The notes under the pieces are model-generated. The model had not been told where the DNA came from, searched no databases, and worked only from the letters and a program-made list of their open reading frames with translations. Shown piece by piece: positions 18,782-28,678 of a stretch of 64,000 bases of DNA. Source of the stretch: an uncultured Actinomycetes bacterium. Lineage in GTDB: Bacteria > Actinomycetota > Thermoleophilia > Gaiellales > Gaiellaceae. Where the stretch lies: positions 60,956-124,955 of the forward strand of contig CAVRUF010000010.1 of the NCBI GenBank assembly GCA_963724315.1. The letters run 5' to 3'. Both the position numbers and the translations under genes were made by a program. Every line of letters begins with the position of its first letter. Positions within the stretch are counted from its first letter, which is position 1.

Positions 18782-21700
18782 CTAGAAGAGCGTCTTGATC
18801 GACGAGCGCTTGTCGAGGTTCTTGTCCACGCGGGCGCGGTCGTTCCCGGCGCCGCCGGAGACGGTGTCGCGGGCGCCGTCGCGCGCGTAGAACGTGTCGT
18901 CGCCGCCTCGCCCTTCAGCGTGTCGCGGCCGGGGCCGCCGGTGATCGTGTCCGCGCCGGCGCCGCCGAGGACGAGGTCGTCGCCGCCCTTGCCGTCGATC
19001 TTGTCGTTGCCGCCCAGGCCGCAGATGACGTCGTTCCCCTTCGTCCCGTTGAGCTTGTTGGCGCCGTTCGTCCCGCGGATCGTGCAGGGCGAGACCGTGA
19101 CGTCTGCCGAGTCGGCGTCGTCCGACGAGTCGGGGTCGTCCTGCTCCGCGGTCACCTCGGCCGTGTTCGCGAGCGCGCCGGCCTTCGTCGTGCGGACGAC
19201 GAGCTTGAGCGTCGCCGTCTCGCCCGGGTCGATCGAGCCGAGGTTGCAGAGGACGACGAGCGCGCCGGTGCAGACGTCCGGATTCGCGTTGAGGAACGTG
19301 ACCTCGTCCGGCAGGTCGTCCTCCACGATCACGTTCGTGGCCCGGTTCGGACCGTCGTTCTTGCACCGTGATCGTGTACGTGAGCGTCCCCCGCAGCAGG
19401 GGGCTCGTGGACGAGACCGCGAGGTCGAGATCGAGATCGGCGAGCTTCATGAAGACCGCATCCGTCGCGCCGGACATCGCCGTCGTGCTCCCGTCGGGGT
19501 TCGTCGCGGTGACGCGCAGGCGGATCGTGCGGCCGAGGTCGGCGGCCGTCGTCTCGTAGGTCGATTCGGTCGCGCCGGCGATCTCGACGCACGGATCGCC
19601 GCACGAGAGCCACTGGTAGGCGAACGTGATCCCGGTGCCCGTCCAGGTTCCCGGCGCGGCGGTCAGGACGTCGCCGATCCCCGGATCCGTGGGAACGATC
19701 TCCGGAAACTCCGTGTTCACCGGAGGAGCGAGAACTCCCTCGCAGTTGGTCATCGTGTCGGTCGGGTCCTGGTCGACCGCGTCGCCCGCGCCGTCGCCGC
19801 AGTCGAGCGTGTCCACGAGCCCGTCGCGACCGAAGAGGCGGTCGTCGCCAGCCAGGCCGTTGAGCGTGTCGGTGCCCAGGTTCCCGACAAGGTCGTTCGG
19901 GCCGGCGTTTCCGGTGATCGTGTCGTTGCCCGAGCCGCCGAGGACGCGCTCGATCGTCATCGCGACGTTGTCGCCCTCTCCCGCCTCGCCGTCGTCGTCG
20001 GCGTCGTCGAGGTCGATCGTGAGCGGCGCCGTGCGCGCCGAGTAGTCCGCGGTGTCGAAGCCGTCGCCGCCGACGAGCGAGTCCTTGCCGACGTCGCCGA
20101 CGAGGACGTCGTTGCCGCCGCTCCCGAAGACCGTGTCGTTGTCGCCGCGCCCGTCGAGGCGGTCGTCGCCGCCCTTGCCGTCGATGACGTTCTGGATCGC
20201 GCTGCCCACGATCACGTCGGGTCCGGAGCCGCCGTTCACGACGTCCACGCTCGGATCGAGGTTGTCGCCCTCCCCGGCCTCGCCGTCGTCGGCGACGCCG
20301 TCCAGGTCGATCGCGAGCGGCGCCGAGCGCCCCGAGTAGTCGACGAGATCGCTGCCCGGGCCGCCGATCATGGAGTCGGCGCCGGGGCCGCCGTTCAGGG
20401 TGTCGTTCCCGTCGAGGCCGTCGAGCGAGTCGTCGCCGGGCCCGCCGGTGAGGACGTTGCCGGTGGTGACCGACCCGACGAGGACGTCGCTGCCCGCTCC
20501 GCCGATCGCGTTCTCGACGTCGGCGCCGATGCCGTCGCCCTCGCCGGCCTCGCCGTCCACGGACTGGTTGCTGAGCGTGACGGTGACCGGGCCGGTGCGG
20601 CCGGAGTAGTCCGCCGCGTCCATGTCGCCGCCGCCGAGCACGATGTCGGCGCCGTCGGGGGCCGCGCCCATCGGGAAGCAGGTCGTTTCCGTTGCCGCCC
20701 ACGAGGTGTCGTCGCCGTTTCCGCCGATGAGGACGTCGGCGCCGTCCGCGCCCTGGAGGTTGTTCGCCAGCGCGTTGCCGGTCAGCGTGTCCCCGGCGGT
20801 GCCGCCCTTGAGCGTCTCGACGTCGGCGCCCACCGTGTCGAGCTCGCCCGCCTGGCCGTCGTCCTTGTCGCCTGCGAGGTCGGCCGTGATCGCAACGGCT
20901 CGGCTCGAGTAGTCGACCGTGTCGGTGTCGGCGCCGCCGTTCATGACGTCCGACCCGCCCTGGCCGTCCAGCGTGTCGTTGCCCGCGAGACCGTTCAGCG
21001 TGTCGTTGCCGCCTCCGCCGAGGAGCACGTTCGCCGCGGCGTTCCCGGTGAGCGCGTCGTTGCCGGAACCGCCCGCGAGGTTCTCGACGTCGCCGCCGAC
21101 GGTGTCGTTCTCGCCCGCTTCGCCGTCGCCGCTAGTTCCCGGCGAGGTCGGCCGTCACCGCCGCCGTGCGGGAGGAGTAGTCGGCGGTGTCGACCTCGGG
21201 CCGCCGTTCAGCGTGTCGCGCGAGGGCCCGCCGTCGAGCGTGTCGAGCGCCGGCCTCGCCGTTCAGCGTGTCGATGCCGCCGCCGCCGTCGAGCGTGTCG
21301 TTTCCCGGCCCGCCGCTGAAGACGTTGGGCGTCGTGTCGCCGTCCAAGGAGCGGAGCGTGTCGCCGGCGTTGCCGCCGATCAGGTGCTCGACGTCGGTCG
21401 AGACCTTGTCGTTCTCGCCGGCCTCGCCGTCGCCCGCGACGCCGTCGATCTGGACGGTCACGGGCGTGCCGCGGCCCGCGTAGGTCGCCGTGTCGCCGCC
21501 GAACAGGTTGTGGCTAGCCGCCGTTCAGCAGGTCGGCGCCGAGACCGCCGTCGAGGAAGTCGTCGCCGTTGTCGCCGTTCAGCGTGTCGGCCAGGGCCTG
21601 GCCGCGCAGCACGTCGTTGCCCGTAGCCGCCGTTCAGGACGTCCGCGTCGCCGTACGGATGCGAGTCGCGCCCGTCGCCCTCGAGCGTGTCGTTACCGCC

Positions 21701-23731
21701 CGGCGCCGTTCAGCGTGTCGTCGCCGTCGCCGCCGTCGAGGAAGTTCGCGTCGACGTCGCCCGTGATCGTGTCGTCGCCGGTTCCGCCGATCACGTTCTC
21801 GACGTCGGAGCGCACGTTGTCGTTGCCGCCGCGGCCGTCGTTCGACGCGTCGTCGAGCGTGACCGTGACGTCGTCGCACTGCTGCTCGCCGCCGTTGAAG
21901 CACCCGTCGGCGTAGGTGACCGTGTCGATGCCGTCGCTGCCGTGCATGTCGTCGCCGTCGGAGCCGCCGTTGATCGTGTCGTCTCCCGGGCCGCCGAGGA
22001 TCTCGTCGCCCCCGGTCGCGCCGGTCAGATAGTCGTTGCCGAACCCGCCGAGGAGGTCGTCGCCGCCGCGAGTCGCCGTAGATGTAGTCGTCGCCGTTGC
22101 CGCCCTGGAGGTCGTCGTTGTCGTCGTTGCCGTAGATCGAGTCGTTGCCGTCCCCGCCGAGGATCGTGTTCTCGCCGTCGTCCGGGAACGACGGGTCGCC
22201 CGGGTGGCACAGGCCGTAGCCCGAGAGCACGTCGTCGCCGCCGAGGCCGCTCAGCGTGTCGCTTCCGTCGCCGCCCATGAGCTGGTTCGCCGCGGACGAG
22301 CCGGTGATCGTGTCGGCGCCGCGGCTGCCGCGGACGTTCTCGACGTCGAGCTGGACGTTGTCGCCCTCGCCCGAGCTGCCGTCGTTCGCGACGCCGTCGA
22401 TCGTGACGGTGACGACCTCGGAGCTCGAGTTGCGATCGTCGTAGTCGGCCGTGTCGGTCCCGTCGCCGCCGTTCATCTGGTCGGCGCCGTCGAGCTCGTC
22501 GATCTGGTCGAAGCTGTCGTTTCCGTCCTCGCCGAAGAGGAGGTCGTTGCCGCCGAGACCGGTGAGGACGTCGTTGCCGGGCCCGCCGCGCAGCGTGTCC
22601 GCGCGCGTGTCCATCGCCGATCAGCGTGTCGGCGCCGGAGCCGCCCTGGACGATCTCGATGTCGCTCTTCACGTTGTCGGCCTCGCCGCCGTCGTCGGCG
22701 ACGTCGTTCAGCGAGATCGTGCGGTTGCCGCCCTCGCCGGTGAAGTCCGCCGTGTCCGTGCCGACGCGCCGCCGCTGAAGGTGTCGCGCGCCGGCGCCGC
22801 CGCGCAGGAGGTCGCTTCCGTTGAGGCCGTTCAGCGTGTCGTTGCCCGGGCCGCCCTCGAGCGTGTCGTCGTCGCTCAGGCCGCGCCCTGCGTAGCACGC
22901 CGAGCGGCGTGGTTCCGCCGCCGCCCGAGATCGATGTCGTTCCCGCCGTTGCCCGTAGAAGCGTGTTCGGGCAGGACGTCCCGACGATCGTGTCGCCGCC
23001 GCTGCCGCCCTTCGCGTTCTCGATCGTGTCCTGCACGTTGTCGAGCTCGCCGGCCTGGCCGTCGTCGGCGACGTTGTCGATGTCGATGGTGCACGGCGAT
23101 CGTCCGCGCCGGAGTAGTCCGCCGTGTCGATGCCCGTGCCGCCGTTCAGGACGTCGGCGCCGTCCGTGGCCGAGCCGGCGGTGAACGTGTCGTCGCCGGT
23201 GCCGCCCGTCATCGTGTCGGCGCCGAGCGAGCTCTGGAGCGTGTCGTTCCCGGCGCCGCCGTCGAGCGTGTCGCCGGCGCTGCCGCCGCTCATCGTGTCG
23301 TTGCCGCCGCCGCCCGACAGGACGTTCGTGCCGCCGGTGCCGCCGTTCAGCGTGTCACTCGCGCCGCCGCCGGTGAACGTGTCGTTTCCGGCGCCGCCCG
23401 TGATCGTCGTCGCGACGGAGATCGCGGAGGCGTTCGCGACGTTGTTTCCGTCCAGCAGCGTGAGCGTGATCGAGGTGACAAGCGAGGTCGGGCAGCGCGC
23501 GTGGTTCGCGCTCGGCACCGTGCAGCCGGTCCCGGGCGTGATCGCGATCTGCGTCTCCGCGAACTCGTAGTACTGCGTCCCGCCGGCCGTGACGATCGTG
23601 ACCGTGACGCTGTTGTTCTCGGTCACCTGGGCCGTGTAGGTGATGAACCCGCCGACCTTGGAGACCGTCGCGGCATGCGCCGGAACGACGCTGAACGAGA
23701 ACGCCGCCACCGCAATTGCCACAGTCCGCAC
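18782..23731 (-). pseudogene. giant secreted RTX-type (hemolysin-type Ca2+-binding repeat) protein with C-terminal Ig-like and DUF11-like domains; frame broken at least 15 times
   Basis: GTG 23731 opens MRTVAIAVAAFSFSVVPAHA (signal peptide). GGxGxDxL nonapeptides are readable in all three minus frames in turn (ORFs 22025..23731, 22473..23036, 21634..22614, 21693..21947, 21132..21461, 18782..21028, 18283..19332). A module of about 80 aa recurs: …DTADYSxRTxP(v/l)t(v/i)dLdGvADDGEAGEGDNvxxDVEnvxGGsGxD.L.G. The tail has GTWTGTGITFAYQWLSCG, TLTYTITV…NVIVEDDLPDEVTF, and …VDKNLDKRSSIKTLF before the stop at 18782. Confidence 0.75.
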
Positions 23732-23773
23732 TAGCCGAGTCAGGGCGAGGTTGTACCACGATTCCCAGGCGGG

Positions 23774-23793
23774 ATAAAGACCGGGCTACCCGG
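23774..23793 (-). terminator. possible weak intrinsic terminator after the DUF1844-like gene
   Basis: The minus strand reads CCGGG-TAG-CCCGG followed by TCTTTAT, immediately after the stop at 23798-23800. The stem is short. Confidence 0.3.
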
Positions 23794-23797
23794 CCGG

Positions 23798-24124
23798 CTA
23801 GGCCGGCTCGGCCGCGTCCGGGGCCTCGCCCTCGGACACCGCCTGGACGTACGCGAGCTGGAGATTCGCGACGGCCGCGGTGAAGTCGCGGAGCAGCTCC
23901 GCGGGGACGAACGTCTCGAGCACCGCCGTCAGCGACTGCATCGTGTCGATCGCCAGGCGCACCTGCTCGAGGTCGCGGTCGTCGGTGGTGTCGGGCGTCG
24001 TGCCGAGCCGCCGGTAGCCGATCGTCGAGACGGCGAGGATCGTGTTCACGACGACGTCCTCGACGCGGAGGCTCCGAAGCTCCTCCGCCATCTCCCGCGC
24101 GAGCCGTTCCTGATCCTCAGACAC
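23798..24124 (-). CDS. DUF1844-like small acidic protein
   Basis: 108-aa ORF with …VVVNTILAVSTIGYRRLG…DLEQVRLAIDTMQSLTAVLE…, resembling the DUF1844 pattern. It overlaps the upstream gene's stop. Confidence 0.45.
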   Translation of the reverse strand: MSEDQERLAREMAEELRSLRVEDVVVNTILAVSTIGYRRLGTTPDTTDDRDLEQVRLAIDTMQSLTAVLETFVPAELLRDFTAAVANLQLAYVQAVSEGEAPDAAEPA

Positions 24125-25277
24125 GGGCCGGCTCCAGGACCTCGGCCGCGTAGATCTCCTCGAGCGTCCCGCCCTGCTCGAAGCGCGCGATCTGCCGCTG
24201 CGCCGCGTTCGCCGCCGGGATCGTGAGGAACGGCGCCGCGCCGAGCTCCTCCGCCACCGGGAGCACCCACTCGACCAGCTCCTCGAGCGCGGCCCGGGCC
24301 GAGCGAACCCGCGGGGTGGGAAACGCCGACAGGTCGATCAGGTCGCCGGACAGGCCGTGCCGGATCGCACGCCAGAAGTTCTCCTCGAGCAGCCGGTCGG
24401 GATAGTCGGGCAGCGGCTCGCCCTCGTCCAAGGCGCGAGCAATACGCGCCGTGGTCGCGTAGAGGAGCGCCGCGAGGAACTGGGCCTCGCCGAGCTGCGG
24501 CTGGCCGTCGCAGATGCGGATCTCGACCGTGGGGAAGGCGAGGTGCGGCCGCACGCTCCACCAAAGCTGCGTGTCCTCGGTGATCGAGCCCGTGTCCCAG
24601 AGGTACTTGACGTAGCGCGCGTAGTCGTCCCAGTCGGCGAACGCATCGGGGATCCCGCAGCGCGGGAACATCTTCGTGAAGATCTGCGTGCGCGCCGAGT
24701 GGAGGCCGGTGAAGACGTTCTCGAGGAACGGAGAGCTGGCCGACACCGCGAGCAGCTCGGGCAGGAATCCGCGCAGCGCGGTCGAGACCTTGATCGCCCG
24801 GTCGGCGCCGCGGATGCCCGTGTGCACGTGCAGCCCGAAGGTGTTGTTGCGCCAGACGACGTAGCGCAGGAGCTCGTCGTTCGCGCGGTAGTGCGGGGTG
24901 TCGATGATCCGCTGCTCCTGCCAGGGGCTCCACGGATGCGTGCCGGTCGCCGCGAGCCGCACCCCGAGCCCGTCCGCCAGGCGGAGGAGCTGGGCGCGCC
25001 GCTCGCCGAGGCGCTGCGCCGCTTCCGTGAAGTCGGTACACGCGCCGGTTCGGATCTCCACCTCGGAGGCGATCAGCTCGCCCACGAGCATCGTCTCGAG
25101 CTCCGTTCCCGCCGCCGCGGCCTGCAGCTCCTCGAAGCGATTTACAAGTCCGAGCGTCTCGGGATCGAGGATCGCGAACTCCTCCTCGACGGCGAGCGTG
25201 AAGTCCTCAGCCTCGTCGAATCGTTCCCGGGCGAGACGCAGCGCCTCGTCCGGGCTCGGGCGCTCTGCCTCAGCCAT
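24117..25277 (-). CDS. carboxylate-amine ligase, glutamate-cysteine ligase family 2 (YbdK-like)
   Basis: Intact 386-aa ORF with …TLAVEEEFAILDPETL…ELIASEVEIRTG…FGLHVHTGI…WWSVRPH..FPTVEIRICD…, the GCS2 family signature. Confidence 0.85.
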   Translation of the reverse strand: MAEAERPSPDEALRLARERFDEAEDFTLAVEEEFAILDPETLGLVNRFEELQAAAAGTELETMLVGELIASEVEIRTGACTDFTEAAQRLGERRAQLLRLADGLGVRLAATGTHPWSPWQEQRIIDTPHYRANDELLRYVVWRNNTFGLHVHTGIRGADRAIKVSTALRGFLPELLAVSASSPFLENVFTGLHSARTQIFTKMFPRCGIPDAFADWDDYARYVKYLWDTGSITEDTQLWWSVRPHLAFPTVEIRICDGQPQLGEAQFLAALLYATTARIARALDEGEPLPDYPDRLLEENFWRAIRHGLSGDLIDLSAFPTPRVRSARAALEELVEWVLPVAEELGAAPFLTIPAANAAQRQIARFEQGGTLEEIYAAEVLEPARV

Positions 25278-25289
25278 CGGACGAAAGTA

Positions 25290-26540
25290 TCAAAGCGAAA
25301 GTATTAGGGCGGCGATCCGCTCCCAGCTGAAGCGCTCGACGGCCGCCTTCCGTGCGGCCGCGCCCAGAACGGCCCGGTCTTCGGGCGACAGCGCGAGCAG
25401 CTCGCGGAGCTTGTCCTCCAGGTCGGAGACGTCGCCCGTTTCGAAGCTCGCGAGGTGGCGGAGCTCCGGCGGGTACTCGCTCTCGATCGCGGTCGCGATC
25501 TCGGCCAGGCCGGAGTGGCGCGCGACGAGAGGCGGGGATCCGCAGGCGGCGGCCTCCGCGGCGACCATGCCGAAGGCCTCGGCGAAGACGGACGGCGTCA
25601 CGCTCACGTCGGCGAGCGGCCACAGGTGCGCGAGGTGGCGGTGCTCGAGCGGCCCGGTGAAGAGCACGCGATCGGTGGCGCGCGCCTCGAGCGCCTCGCG
25701 CTCGGGCCCGAAGCCGACGATCACGGCCCGAGCCTCCGGGATCCGGTCGAGCGCGTCGAGGAGCAGGCTCACGCCCTTCTCATCGGACAGCTTCCCGACG
25801 TAGACGACGGTCGGCTTGTCCTCCGTCAGGAACGCGGCCAGCCGCTCGGCGTTCCCCGGGTCGGGAAACCGCTCGTTCGCGCGGCCGGGGTTCGGCGGGT
25901 CGAGCTCGGCCTGGACGAGCAGCCCGACGAGCGCCTCCTCGCGCGGCTCGGGCCGCAGCTCCTCCACGTCGACGCCCGGCGGAACGATGTGCACGCGGTC
26001 GAGGTACTCCCCCGGGCCGACCACGGACTCGAGCACGCCGCGGATGTGCTCCGAGCCGGCGAGCACCGCGGAGGCCCGGTCGAGCGACTCCTGGGCCCAG
26101 TCGGCGAGCTCCTCGTTGCCGCGGATCGAGAACTCGAGCTCGGAGCCGTGCGCCTTGACGACGAACGGCGCCCCGGTCGCGACGCCGACCGGAGCGCCGA
26201 GCAGCACGTGGTTCACGAGGAGCAGGTCGGCCGGAAGCTCGGCGCGCACCGCGGCGGCGTTGCGCTCGACGAAGTCGGCTCGCTCCTCCCACGAGAGCTC
26301 CTGGAGGTAGCGCGCCTCGACGCCCTCGTAGCGGTCGAGCACGAACACCGGCAGCGGCCCGCCGCCGAGGTCGGGGCGCACGACCCGGGCGCCGCCGAGG
26401 TCGAACCGCTCGGGGTGCGGGTCCTGGCAGAACACGACCACCTCGTGCCCGAGCCGGGCGAAGGCGCGGGCGAGCGCCTGGGTGTAGACGTTCGAGCCGG
26501 TGCCGCCGAGGAGGTAGCCGTGCCAAATGAGAACCTTCAT
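25290..26540 (-). CDS. glycosyltransferase family 4 (GT-B fold)
   Basis: Intact 416-aa ORF with MKVLIWHGYLLGGTGSNVYTQALARAFARLGHEV… and the C-terminal …PSVFAEAFGMVAAEAAACGSPPLVARHSGLAE (E-x7-E region). Confidence 0.8.
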   Translation of the reverse strand: MKVLIWHGYLLGGTGSNVYTQALARAFARLGHEVVVFCQDPHPERFDLGGARVVRPDLGGGPLPVFVLDRYEGVEARYLQELSWEERADFVERNAAAVRAELPADLLLVNHVLLGAPVGVATGAPFVVKAHGSELEFSIRGNEELADWAQESLDRASAVLAGSEHIRGVLESVVGPGEYLDRVHIVPPGVDVEELRPEPREEALVGLLVQAELDPPNPGRANERFPDPGNAERLAAFLTEDKPTVVYVGKLSDEKGVSLLLDALDRIPEARAVIVGFGPEREALEARATDRVLFTGPLEHRHLAHLWPLADVSVTPSVFAEAFGMVAAEAAACGSPPLVARHSGLAEIATAIESEYPPELRHLASFETGDVSDLEDKLRELLALSPEDRAVLGAAARKAAVERFSWERIAALILSL

Positions 26541-26542
26541 GC

Positions 26543-27079
26543 GTGGATCCTGACGGACCGCTCGTCGAACGCGCCCAGCGGGGCGACCGGTTCGCGTTCG
26601 AGCAGCTCGTCGAGCGCCACCAGCACCGGCTGTTCACGCTCGCCGCCCGCACGCTCGGATCGCGCAGCGACGCGGAGGACGCCGTCCAGGACGCGTTCCT
26701 GCGCGCCTGGCGCTCGATCGGCTCGTTCCGCGGGGGCTCGCTCTTCTCCACCTGGCTCTACCGCATCTGCGTGAACGCCGCCCACGACCAGCGCATGCGG
26801 CGCAGCGCCGACCCGGTCGAGCCGGTCGAGTCGGCCGACCCGCGCGACCGCTTCGCCGACCAGGAGCTGTCCGGCGAGCTCCAGCGGGCGCTCGAGGCGA
26901 TCGACCCTGCGCAGCGCGAGGTGGTCGTCCTCTACGACGTCCTCGGCGCGTCCTACGCCGAGATCGCCGAGATCACCGGGACGGCCGAGGGTACGGTGAA
27001 ATCCCGGCTCTTCCGCGGCCGCGCCGAGCTTGCGCGGCGACTCGGCGGAACACCTGCGGGGGAGGACGAGTCAAAGTGA
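26543..27079 (+). CDS. ECF RNA polymerase sigma factor (SigE-like)
   Basis: ORF reads …LVERAQRGDRFAFEQLVERHQHRLF…AEDAVQDAFLRAWRSIGSFRG.SLFSTWLYRI..N…LYDVLGASYAEIAEITGTAEGTVKSRLFRGR, covering regions 2 and 4. Confidence 0.88.
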   Translation: MDPDGPLVERAQRGDRFAFEQLVERHQHRLFTLAARTLGSRSDAEDAVQDAFLRAWRSIGSFRGGSLFSTWLYRICVNAAHDQRMRRSADPVEPVESADPRDRFADQELSGELQRALEAIDPAQREVVVLYDVLGASYAEIAEITGTAEGTVKSRLFRGRAELARRLGGTPAGEDESK

Positions 27080-27690
27080 CGATGGCCGACGGACATCCGC
27101 ACGAGCACGACCTCCTCGCCTACGTGGAGGACGACCTGCCGCGCGCGAGCGCGACGCGGTCTCGCTCCACCTCGAGACCTGCGCCGAATGCCGGCAGGCG
27201 GTCGCGGACGCGCAGGCCGGGCGCGCGCTCCTGCAGGCGGCTCCCCCGCTCGAGCTCTCCTCCGCCCGCCGGGATGCGATCGCGGCCGTCGCTCGGCCCC
27301 GCCGAGCCGCGGCGCAGCCGCCGGCCGGCCTGGCGGCTCGTGGCCGTGCTCGCCGCGACGCTCGCCGTCGCCGGGCTGCTCGGGGTCGCGCTCAATCGCA
27401 TCGGATCCGGCACGGACGACAGCGGAGGCCGCGAGGCGGCGGCGACCGCGGGCGCCGAGGACCAGGCCGAAGGTGGCGGCGAGTTCGCGCCCGCAGTCCC
27501 CGGCGCGACGCTCCTCGGGCAGGTCGCGGGCACGCCCGCCTCGGTCGCCGCGGCGCTCCGGGAGGACGGCTTCGACGCGACGGTCGAAAACGGCGTCGTG
27601 GTCGTCCAGGTCGACGAGGCGAAGCGCGACGAGCTCGAGCGCGCGGTGGCCGAGCTCGATCGAGGCCCGGTCGCGGTCTACGTCAAGTAG
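27076..27690 (+). pseudogene. anti-sigma factor (zf-HC2 type, single TM), 2 frame breaks
   Basis: GTGA overlap with the sigma gene. MTMADGHPHEHDLLAYVEDDLP (ORF 27076) joins …RDAVSLHLETCAECRQAV (H-x3-C-x2-C, frame of ORF 27030..28355). It then returns to …WRLVAVLAATLAVAGLLGV (TM helix) and an extracytoplasmic tail. Confidence 0.7.
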
Positions 27691-28346
27691 AAGTAGAGCG
27701 CGTAGAGCAGCTCGACGGCCGGGCTCGTCGTGTGCACGGTCACGTCGTGAGGAACGTTCAGGAGCGCGTCCGTGTAGTTGAAGATGATCTTCACGCCGGC
27801 ACGGACGACGTCGTCGGCGACGCTTTGGGCCGACTCGGCGGGCACGGCCAAGACCGCGACGATGATGTTCTTCTCCCGGATGACCTCGCCGAGGCGCGCG
27901 TAGTCGAGCACCTCGAGCGCCTCGATCGGCTGGCCGACCTTCCCCTGGTCGGTGTCGAAGGTCGCCGCGATGTTGAAGCCGTGGTCGGCGAAGACGGTCG
28001 AGCTCGCGATCGCCTGGCCCAGCCGCCCCGCGCCGAAGAGCGCGATGTTGTGCTGGCCCTGCGTGCGGAGGATCTTGCGGATCTCGCCCGCGAGCCCGTC
28101 GACCGAGTAGCCGACGCCCCGCTTGCCGAACTTCCCGAAACCGGAGAGGTCGCGGCGGATCTGGGTCGCGTTGATGTTCGTGTACTCGCTGATCTCCTGC
28201 GAGGAGATGCGCTCCTTGCCCATCTTCTTCGCCTGCGTCAGCACCCGGAGGTACTGGCTCAGGCGGGCGGCGACTCCGACCGTGAGGCGGTCTTCGGCGG
28301 AGATCCGCGTCTCGTCGAGCGTGGCCGTTGCGAGTCGCGCGTTCAT
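27678..28346 (-). CDS. rex: redox-sensing transcriptional repressor Rex
   Basis: Read from MNARLATATL (ATG 28346) within ORF 27678..28637. Motifs are …RLSQYLRVL…ISSQEISEYTNINATQIRRDLSGFGKFGKRGVGY…ALFGAGRLGQAI…. Confidence 0.88.
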   Translation of the reverse strand: MNARLATATLDETRISAEDRLTVGVAARLSQYLRVLTQAKKMGKERISSQEISEYTNINATQIRRDLSGFGKFGKRGVGYSVDGLAGEIRKILRTQGQHNIALFGAGRLGQAIASSTVFADHGFNIAATFDTDQGKVGQPIEALEVLDYARLGEVIREKNIIVAVLAVPAESAQSVADDVVRAGVKIIFNYTDALLNVPHDVTVHTTSPAVELLYALYFYLT

Positions 28347-28429
28347 GGCTTGTGACAGAGCATAGCCAGGCCGATCGCAAGGTGCGGAGGGAACCGCGAA
28401 CACGTCCGCGAGTGACTTTGTAACGCGGC

Positions 28430-28678
28430 TCAGAGGACGCCGAGACGGCGGCGCAGCCCGTCCGGATGCACGTAGAACGTGAACGCGGGCTCCCCGTCGA
28501 CCACGACCACGGGGATCCGTTCGCGGTACGAGTCCTCGAGCGCGTGGTCGCCGGTGATGTCCACTTCCTCGAGCTCGAACGGCGTTTCTTCGCGCACCTG
28601 GCCGATCACGCGGCGCGCCGCGGCGCAGAGGTGGCACTCCGGCGCGTAGTACAGGAGAACGCTATGGGTAGAGCCCAC
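28430..28678 (-). CDS. glutaredoxin-like small thiol-disulfide protein (DUF836/Grx2-like)
   Basis: ORF 28430..28720 reads …VLLYYAPECHLCAAARRV…EVDITGD…L…YRERIPVV…, with a CxxC thioredoxin-fold motif. The start is uncertain. GTG 28678 is chosen because ATG 28720 would overlap gdh by about 60 bp. Confidence 0.55.
   Translation of the reverse strand: MGSTHSVLLYYAPECHLCAAARRVIGQVREETPFELEEVDITGDHALEDSYRERIPVVVVDGEPAFTFYVHPDGLRRRLGVL

Noticed and set aside
18782-23731. Calling the RTX giant a type I secretion substrate or toxin
   Set aside because: No ABC/MFP/OMF genes are nearby and the protein has an N-terminal Sec-type signal. Only the repeat chemistry is supported.
18920-23734. Plus-strand ORFs (18920..21319, 22451..23734 and many 60-240 aa ORFs) across the RTX region
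   Set aside because: They are antisense to the GGxGxD repeat gene. The Ser/Pro/Val-rich translations simply mirror the repeat codons. No start context or domain signal is present.
28347-28429. Rex operator (TTGTGAA-N-TTCACAA) upstream of rex
   Set aside because: Only a half-site-like CTTGTGAC at 28349-28356 is present. There is no convincing inverted partner.
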